DNA from: Planctomycetota bacterium
GTDB taxonomy: Bacteria; Planctomycetota; UBA1135; UBA2386
Reading direction: 5' to 3'
Length of the DNA stretch: 64,000 bases
Assembly: GCA_965223545.1 (NCBI GenBank)
Contig: OZ245006.1
Location: 5,728,001-5,792,000 of the forward strand
Below are positions 57,933-64,000 of the stretch, piece after piece (position 1 is the first letter of the stretch; every line of letters starts with the position of its first letter). The position numbers and the translations under genes are program-made. The notes beneath the pieces were generated by a model that was given only the letters and a program-made list of their open reading frames with translations, was not told where the DNA came from and did no database searches.

Positions 57933-59945
57933 TCAACGGGGCGTGAGCGAGTGCGCTTCGATCCGCGTGCGGAGTGTGGCGAGGTGTTGTTGGTAGCGGG
58001 GGTGGGTGCTCAGGTCGGTGTGTTGGTCGGGGTCGGTGTGGAGGTCGAAGAGCTCCTCCGCGCCCCAGGAGCCGCGGATGTAGTACAGGCCGTCGGCGAT
58101 CAGCGCGGCCATGTCGCCGCGGGATACCGGCTGCCAAGGTGGGGTGCGGATGCTCCTCTTGACCGACGCCAGCAGTGCTGATTGGGACAGCCCAGTCAGG
58201 GTGTTGGTTCCTTGGCGTAGGGCGGTGGCCAGGCTGTGGCCTGGAAACGGAGTGCGCGGCCGCACGTCGGTCAGATCGAGCACCGTGGCGGCGACGTCGC
58301 GGATCGAAACTGGCGTGGTGATGCGCGCGCCGCGCGCGACGGTGGGGCCGGCGACGATCCAGGGCACGTGCAGTAGCGGTTGGTAGAGGCTGTTGGCGTG
58401 GCCGAGCAAGCCGTGCTCGCCGAAGTGTTCGCCGTGGTCGCCGGTGACGACGACCAGCGTGCGGTCGAGAACCCCCGTCTGCTTCAGCTGCGAGAGCGTG
58501 CGGTCGAGCCGCGCGTCGATGTAGGCCAAGAGCGCGTCGTACGAGTTGCGAAAGCCCTGCAGCTCGGCCGCGGAGCGGTGCCGCGCATCGCGATCCCAGT
58601 TCCACGGATTGGCCGCCGGTGGGCCGAACCGCGCGGCGTAGTCGGCCGGCGGCAGGTAGACCGTGTGGGCGTCGAACAGGTTCAAGAAGGCGAAGAACGG
58701 CCGCTCGCCGCGCCGCGCGACCCAGTCCTCGAACGCCGTGCACACCGCGTCGGCGCCGACCCTCAGCATCTGCGACGCGATCGGTCCGCGCCGTAGGTGG
58801 GCGGCAAAGCGGCCGACGGCGGTGCTCATCAGCAGTAGCGCCGGCGTGGTCTGGTAGTCGACGTACTCGGCGAAGCCGCGACCGAGGCCGGTCCCCCGGC
58901 CGGCGTAGCGAACGTTGCCGACGAAGCCGGCTGTGGCGTAGCCCGCCGCCGCGAACGCCTCGGCCAGCGTCGGGTCGGTGTCGTCGAGCGCGGTGCGGTA
59001 GCCCGCCGACAGCTCGTGCACGTAGCGGCCGGTGAACAGCGAGCTGTGGGCGGGCAGCGTCCACGGCGAGGTCGACATGGCCCGTTCGAAGGTCACACCG
59101 CGCGCGGCAAGGCGTTCGAGCCGTGGCGTGGTCTCCCGCTCGTAGCCGTACACCGACAGGTGGTCGGCGCGGACCGTGTCGAGCACGACGAGCAGCACGT
59201 TGACGGCTCCGGCGTCGGCAGGCGGCAGCGCCTCGATCCGCGCCGCGCTGGCCGCGCGGCGCGCCCACCGCTGGCCGACCGCCGCGAGCGGCAGCAACAC
59301 CAGACCGCAGGCCAGGGCAACCGCGATCCATCGCATGGTGCTCGGGCCCCAGCGCGCGATGGCGCACCGGGTCGCCACCGAGGCGGCGCCGGCCGCCAGC
59401 AGCAGCGCCGCGATACCGTGTAGGCCGGGGTGCAGCAAAGTCTGGCTCCAGACGCCGACGGTTCCGGCCGCCAGCAGCGGAACCGCCACCGGTGCCCGGC
59501 CGCCGAGCCGGTGGGCCAACGCAGCGGACAGGAGGCCGACGGCCATCAGCAGGGCGCAGTACGTCAGCGGCGCGAACCAGACCTGGTCGTCGCCTTGATG
59601 TAGGAGATGGCCGCGGACGACGACGGTCCAGACGCGGTCGTGTGCCACTTCGAGGGCTCCGGTCGCCCAACCGACCGCGCCTCCGAGCAGCGCCCCCTGT
59701 GTTCTCGTACACGACGGTCCGCGTCGCCAAACCTCACCGAGGCGGCGCCGGCGCGCCGGTGAGAGCCGCGCACCGGCGCCGGCGAGAGCCGCGCCCGCGG
59801 CTACCAGACCGAGCTGTGCTCCCCATGCGATCAAGCCTCGTCCAAGGCCCAGCGATGGGCCCAGCACGCCTGCGCTGGCGATCGAGAATCCCAGCGCGAT
59901 GATCGGTGTCGACCAGCGGCTGGCGTCACGCGAGCGGAGCGGCAC
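57933..59945 (-). CDS. Membrane-anchored sulfatase-family (alkaline phosphatase superfamily) protein; start uncertain
   Basis: Several TMs then VLLVVLDTVRADH, SPWTLPAHSSLFTG, NLFDAH, TGDHGEHFGEHG..GH. Confidence 0.85.
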   Translation of the reverse strand: MPLRSRDASRWSTPIIALGFSIASAGVLGPSLGLGRGLIAWGAQLGLVAAGAALAGAGARLSPARRRRLGEVWRRGPSCTRTQGALLGGAVGWATGALEVAHDRVWTVVVRGHLLHQGDDQVWFAPLTYCALLMAVGLLSAALAHRLGGRAPVAVPLLAAGTVGVWSQTLLHPGLHGIAALLLAAGAASVATRCAIARWGPSTMRWIAVALACGLVLLPLAAVGQRWARRAASAARIEALPPADAGAVNVLLVVLDTVRADHLSVYGYERETTPRLERLAARGVTFERAMSTSPWTLPAHSSLFTGRYVHELSAGYRTALDDTDPTLAEAFAAAGYATAGFVGNVRYAGRGTGLGRGFAEYVDYQTTPALLLMSTAVGRFAAHLRRGPIASQMLRVGADAVCTAFEDWVARRGERPFFAFLNLFDAHTVYLPPADYAARFGPPAANPWNWDRDARHRSAAELQGFRNSYDALLAYIDARLDRTLSQLKQTGVLDRTLVVVTGDHGEHFGEHGLLGHANSLYQPLLHVPWIVAGPTVARGARITTPVSIRDVAATVLDLTDVRPRTPFPGHSLATALRQGTNTLTGLSQSALLASVKRSIRTPPWQPVSRGDMAALIADGLYYIRGSWGAEELFDLHTDPDQHTDLSTHPRYQQHLATLRTRIEAHSLTPR

Positions 59946-60054
59946 AAGAGAGATCAGAGGTGACCGCCGGTGTTGTGGCAAGCCAGGCCGAGCGCCGCCG
60001 CGGTATGATGGCTTGCCCTGAGCGGAGCGGTGAGTGCCCGCACGGAGGGAACCG

Positions 60055-60828
60055 ATGCTGCGCCGTTGCAAGCGATTGATCTTGGCCCCGCGGAGCGTGA
60101 TCGCGGAACGCAGGATCGCGACCCGCGTGGCCCGCGCGGTGCACGCCGCGCCGCTGGACCCTCGGGTGCAGCTGCCGGCCTACAAGAACATGGACGCCTG
60201 GGTCGACCTCGATCGGCTGCGCGCCCTCGACGGTCCGCTCACCGAGAAGCTTGCGTCGGAATCGGACGGCACGGTCGCGTTCCGGGCGAGTTTCATGCGG
60301 CGGTGGTGGCACCGGCGGACGCCGGGAGCTCGGGCGTTGTATCTGACGCAGAGCACGTCGAAGGACGTCTACGCCGGGGTGGACGACCATTCGCTGTGGA
60401 GTCCGTCGCCCATGGCCGACCGATACCCCGAGGTGATGGACTTCGTCAACACCTTGCCGTTCCGCAGCGTTGGGCGCGTGGTGTTGATGTTCGATCCGCG
60501 CGGGCGGGCCGTGCCACCACACCGCGACTTCGAGTGCGTCGACCGCCGCCACGAGTTCATCTGGTGTCGCACCAATCTGCGCAAGCCGTTCTACATGCTC
60601 GATGAGCGCACCGGGCGGCGGCGCACGGTGCGCTCGTACACGGCGTGGTTCGACCTGGTCAACCAGCTGCACGGCGTCGACGCGTGCGGCGAGTTCGTCT
60701 TCAGCTTGCGGGTCGATGGCGTTTTCGACGACGCTTTGCGCGCGCAGATTCCAGCACCATCGATCAACGCGGCGTCGACGCCCTCGCTGTGGGCCAGCCT
60801 CGAAGCCTCTTGCCCGGAAACAACGTGA
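60055..60828 (+). CDS. Putative Fe(II)/2OG-type (double-stranded beta-helix) oxygenase
   Basis: RBS GGAGG; VGRVVLM..PPHRD..QLHGVD..SLRVDG gives an HxD...H...R pattern. Confidence 0.55.
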   Translation: MLRRCKRLILAPRSVIAERRIATRVARAVHAAPLDPRVQLPAYKNMDAWVDLDRLRALDGPLTEKLASESDGTVAFRASFMRRWWHRRTPGARALYLTQSTSKDVYAGVDDHSLWSPSPMADRYPEVMDFVNTLPFRSVGRVVLMFDPRGRAVPPHRDFECVDRRHEFIWCRTNLRKPFYMLDERTGRRRTVRSYTAWFDLVNQLHGVDACGEFVFSLRVDGVFDDALRAQIPAPSINAASTPSLWASLEASCPETT

Positions 60829-60831
60829 CGT

Positions 60832-61689
60832 CTATCGGTGCCGCAGGCGCCGCAGCTTGTTGCCGAAACGGCGCGCGCGGGCGCGCAGCATCAGCGGCGA
60901 AAGCCAGGCGTGGGCGTGCACGGCGAGGGCCGGGCGCGGGTAGCGCCAATGGCGTGCTTTCGCTTTCCAGAAGAAGGAGATCGCGCACGACAGGCCCGGG
61001 CTCTCGACCGAGTGCCACCAGTGCACCGGCAGGTAGATCATGTCGCCCGCGTGCATCTCGATTTCGATCGGCGTCGCTTCGGCGAAGCGCGGAAACCGGA
61101 CCAAGTCGGGCCGGCGCGGGTCGACTTGGCTGAAGTTGAGCACCGGTGTGTGCCACGCGAACGGATACATCAGGTGCGATTGAGACGGCGCGAACAACGT
61201 GATGCGCTTGGTGCCGAAGATCTGGCACAAGACCCCTTCCTCGTCACCGTGGTAGTGCGTCGGCGAGAACACGTCGCGGCCGAAGAACAGCGCCGCTTCG
61301 CGGCTGTCGGTGAGCGCCGTGCAGTCGCAGTCGTCCAACAACACCGGTAGGCTGCGGGCCACGGGAGACGGCGCGATGTAGTAGCGATTGTCCGGCGGCT
61401 CGGCGGTCAGCTTGCCGATGTACTCGGCGAACGACATCGTTTCGTCCTGGCCGCCGCGGGGCGTGTAGAAGCGGATGTGTTCGGCTGACGGCTCGAAGCG
61501 GGTGAGGACCGGGGTATCGCCGGCGACGCTGCAAAAGTAGTCGGGTCCCCAACGCTGCACCGCGGGCCAATCGCCGGCGCCCCCCGGAAAGACCGCAGGC
61601 CGGTTGTGGGCGACGTAGTCACGCTCGAACGCGATCCGATCGGGCAGCGCGACGCGGTCGATGTGTTGAGTGGCGGACCGGGCTGGCAC
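60832..61689 (-). CDS. JmjC/cupin-8 domain protein
   Basis: RPAVF.G...WPAV.RW, QIFGTKRITLF.P, NFSQVD..PDL.RFP, GDMIYLPVHWWHSVES; start approximate. Confidence 0.88.
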   Translation of the reverse strand: MPARSATQHIDRVALPDRIAFERDYVAHNRPAVFPGGAGDWPAVQRWGPDYFCSVAGDTPVLTRFEPSAEHIRFYTPRGGQDETMSFAEYIGKLTAEPPDNRYYIAPSPVARSLPVLLDDCDCTALTDSREAALFFGRDVFSPTHYHGDEEGVLCQIFGTKRITLFAPSQSHLMYPFAWHTPVLNFSQVDPRRPDLVRFPRFAEATPIEIEMHAGDMIYLPVHWWHSVESPGLSCAISFFWKAKARHWRYPRPALAVHAHAWLSPLMLRARARRFGNKLRRLRHR

Positions 61690-61739
61690 GATTCGTCGAT
61701 GATAGCCATCGCGCCCCGCAGGGGTGGCCTCCCGCTGCC

Positions 61740-63101
61740 CTACTGGAACTTCACGGCGATCGTGTTGGACAGGCATCCCGCGCTCTGGGTGCCGACGTGG
61801 GCCTGCAAGTGGATCGTGGCCGGCGCCGGGTGCTGCAGCGAGAACGAGTCGCGTCCGTCCGCTCCCAGCACGCCTATCTTCGCGGTACCCGCGAAGTTGA
61901 TGAATTGCCAGCCACCCAACGGCGATGGGATCGTAGGAATCGGCAGCAGCGCGGTGTCGTAGCAGACGGTGTACGGCGCATTGGCCGGCCCATGCACGTT
62001 CACCGAGACCGAAGGCTGCTGGGTCGTGCCCCAGCCGTCGGCCGACAGCGATGCCGGGATGTCGCATCCCGCGGCGGCGAGCACACCGCGCGTGATGGCG
62101 CCACATCCCGGCGCGGTCTCGAACAGCTGATGCGTGCCGTTGGGGACGAAACCGACGGCCTTCTCGCTTTGCACAGCGTTGTAGTAGAGAAGAGCTTGCG
62201 GCACCGCGAACAGGGTGTCGAGTTCGCCGAGCAGCATGAGGACGCGGGTGTCGGGGTAGTCCGTGGTCGCTTGTTGGTCATGGAAGAGAACGCTGGCATC
62301 GCGCAGCAAGCACGTCTCCGGGCTCGTGGTCTGCCAGCACGAGTCACACACGAACGAGAACTCGGGGAGGATGCAGCAATCCGGGCCCGGCGGCGGCCAC
62401 ACCGAGTCCGGTACCACCGCGCTGCAAGACGTCGGCCACCCGCAGTGTGCGGTGCCGCAGCAGGAGTAGTCGATCCGTGAGAACGGCGGGCCGGATCCCA
62501 GCACGGCGGCGTCGAGGGTCTCCGGGCAGATCTGGCTGCCGGCCCCCGCCCCCCAGGTCGTCAGCGCGTAGGCGATCTCACCCGAACCACCCGAGTTGCC
62601 CAGCGCGACCAGTGGACGCTGCGGGTAGGTCTGCGCGATCCAGCGCAGCATGCCGATGAAGCGCGCGGATTGCAGGCGGGGATTCGAGCCGGCGCTGAAC
62701 CAGCCCGGCTCCCGCCAGCGGCGCTCGATCGTGCGGAACCCGCGGTCGCGCAGGTCTTGCAGCACCGCGCCGGCGCAGCCCATGCCGTCGCCGTAGTAGG
62801 TCTTGCCCTCGCTCCCCGAGCAAGCCAACACGGTGCCTGCGACGGTTCCGGGCGGGCTCTGGATGCGGAGCTCGACCACGAGATCGGGCAGCCCGCTCAC
62901 CGAGACGGAGAGGGTGGCGTAGCCGATTCCGCCGGGGATCTGGTGCGTCGGGATGTAGCGCACACCGATGTCGGGGATCGGCACGCACTCGGTGCCGGGG
63001 GGTGGGTCGCACGGAGGTGTCTGGGCTTGCACGCCGAAGCCGATCGCGAGCAACGCGAGCGGCAAGATGCTGGGGACAGGAAAGGTCGGCGAAGTGCGCA
63101 T
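61740..63101 (-). CDS. Secreted Cys-rich alpha/beta-hydrolase
   Basis: Signal peptide; LGNSGG nucleophile elbow, GELD, GTH; C-terminal beta domain. Confidence 0.7.
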   Translation of the reverse strand: MRTSPTFPVPSILPLALLAIGFGVQAQTPPCDPPPGTECVPIPDIGVRYIPTHQIPGGIGYATLSVSVSGLPDLVVELRIQSPPGTVAGTVLACSGSEGKTYYGDGMGCAGAVLQDLRDRGFRTIERRWREPGWFSAGSNPRLQSARFIGMLRWIAQTYPQRPLVALGNSGGSGEIAYALTTWGAGAGSQICPETLDAAVLGSGPPFSRIDYSCCGTAHCGWPTSCSAVVPDSVWPPPGPDCCILPEFSFVCDSCWQTTSPETCLLRDASVLFHDQQATTDYPDTRVLMLLGELDTLFAVPQALLYYNAVQSEKAVGFVPNGTHQLFETAPGCGAITRGVLAAAGCDIPASLSADGWGTTQQPSVSVNVHGPANAPYTVCYDTALLPIPTIPSPLGGWQFINFAGTAKIGVLGADGRDSFSLQHPAPATIHLQAHVGTQSAGCLSNTIAVKFQ

Positions 63102-63280
63102 GGTGCGTCGAGTGCCGAACTGCGGCACTCGTCACGCACTTTCTTCGGTCTTGCCAAAGGCGTCGTGTCGCGGCGTGACGATCGGCGGACTTCGCCACCG
63201 AGCGGGGTGTGTCGCCTGCCGGACCCACGCCGTGTCGGCTCCGGAGGGCGGCGATTCCCCTCGATGCTCCGGAGCAAACG

Positions 63281-64000
63281 ATGCGTGATTCGAAGTGCGG
63301 CCTGTTGCCGCTGTGCCTTTGCGGGTTCGCCCTCCCGTTCCCCGTCGCCGCGCAGGCCACCGTCGACGTCTACCACGACTCTCACGGGATCCCCCACGTC
63401 GAAGTGACCAACGCGTCGTCGCCGGCGGAGGCCGAGCAGGCCGCCCTCTGGGGGGTGGGTTGGGCGACGGCGCGGGATCGCTGGTTTCAGATGAACGTCA
63501 CCCGGCTGATGATGGACGGAGAGTTGGCCAAGTACTTCATGGCCGGGCCGAACAACGCGTTCGTCGACAGCGATGTCGCCGCGCGGCAGCTCGGGTGGCG
63601 CGCGCGCGCGGACGAAGTCGCCGGGCGCCTGCCACCGGATCTCCGGGATCTGTTGCAGGCCTACGCCGGCGGAGTCAACGCATACGTGACCGCGCCGACC
63701 AAGCCGCTGCACCATGGGTTCGCCGACTTCGGCGTGCCGACCAGCGTGCCGTGGACGGTGTCGGACTGTCTCGTCACGTGGTATCGACTGGCCAAGGAGT
63801 TTGCCAATGACGGCTTGGAAGAACTGGTGGCGTTGCAGGACGTGCTCGACGCGGGAGGTTCTCCCACCAATCCGCAGGAGGTGAAGGATGCGCTGTTCGC
63901 GGATCTGCTGCGCGACGACGAAACCGCCGTGCTCAAGCAGTCGGACTTCCCACCGGCCGTGCAGCAGGCGATGGCCGACTACGCCGACCAACACGGCGTC
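63281..64000 (+). CDS. Penicillin acylase (Ntn-hydrolase) family protein, partial
   Basis: Own translation: signal peptide then VDVYHDSHGIPHV...ALWGVGWATARDRWFQM..TR....GELA, LLQAYAGGVNAY. Confidence 0.85.
   Translation, partial: MRDSKCGLLPLCLCGFALPFPVAAQATVDVYHDSHGIPHVEVTNASSPAEAEQAALWGVGWATARDRWFQMNVTRLMMDGELAKYFMAGPNNAFVDSDVAARQLGWRARADEVAGRLPPDLRDLLQAYAGGVNAYVTAPTKPLHHGFADFGVPTSVPWTVSDCLVTWYRLAKEFANDGLEELVALQDVLDAGGSPTNPQEVKDALFADLLRDDETAVLKQSDFPPAVQQAMADYADQHGV

Overview
High-GC (roughly 70% by eye) bacterial chromosome segment from a diderm. kdsA, Ser/Thr kinases, many lipoproteins and '...AQ' signal peptides suggest a Planctomycetota-like organism, but this is inference. Core genes are kdsA, a leuA-C-D-(small ORF)-B operon with a candidate leader peptide, an RluA-family synthase, gdhA, a threonine synthase, nth and a MoxR/DUF58/transglutaminase trio, interspersed with many secreted or lipoprotein hypotheticals. 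The most interesting locus is 33.2-36.2 kb. An IS110-family DEDD recombinase element (34188-36127) is inserted without target duplication into one copy of a dispersed palindromic repeat, and two empty copies of that target lie in the same window. Its 374-nt left end looks like a bridge RNA: two stem-loops carry short guides matching the target (GCCGCAA / TTTGGTT) and the donor ends (TTAGGAGAT / ACCGT). Circularisation would build a TTGACA-17-TATGTG promoter. The recombinase has Thr where the catalytic Ser is expected, plus a ~100-aa C-terminal extension. Other oddities: endonuclease III fused in frame to a ~900-aa lipoprotein, a 118-bp repeat that supplies stop codons and shows covariation, a second REP-like family, and toxin-antitoxin remnants.
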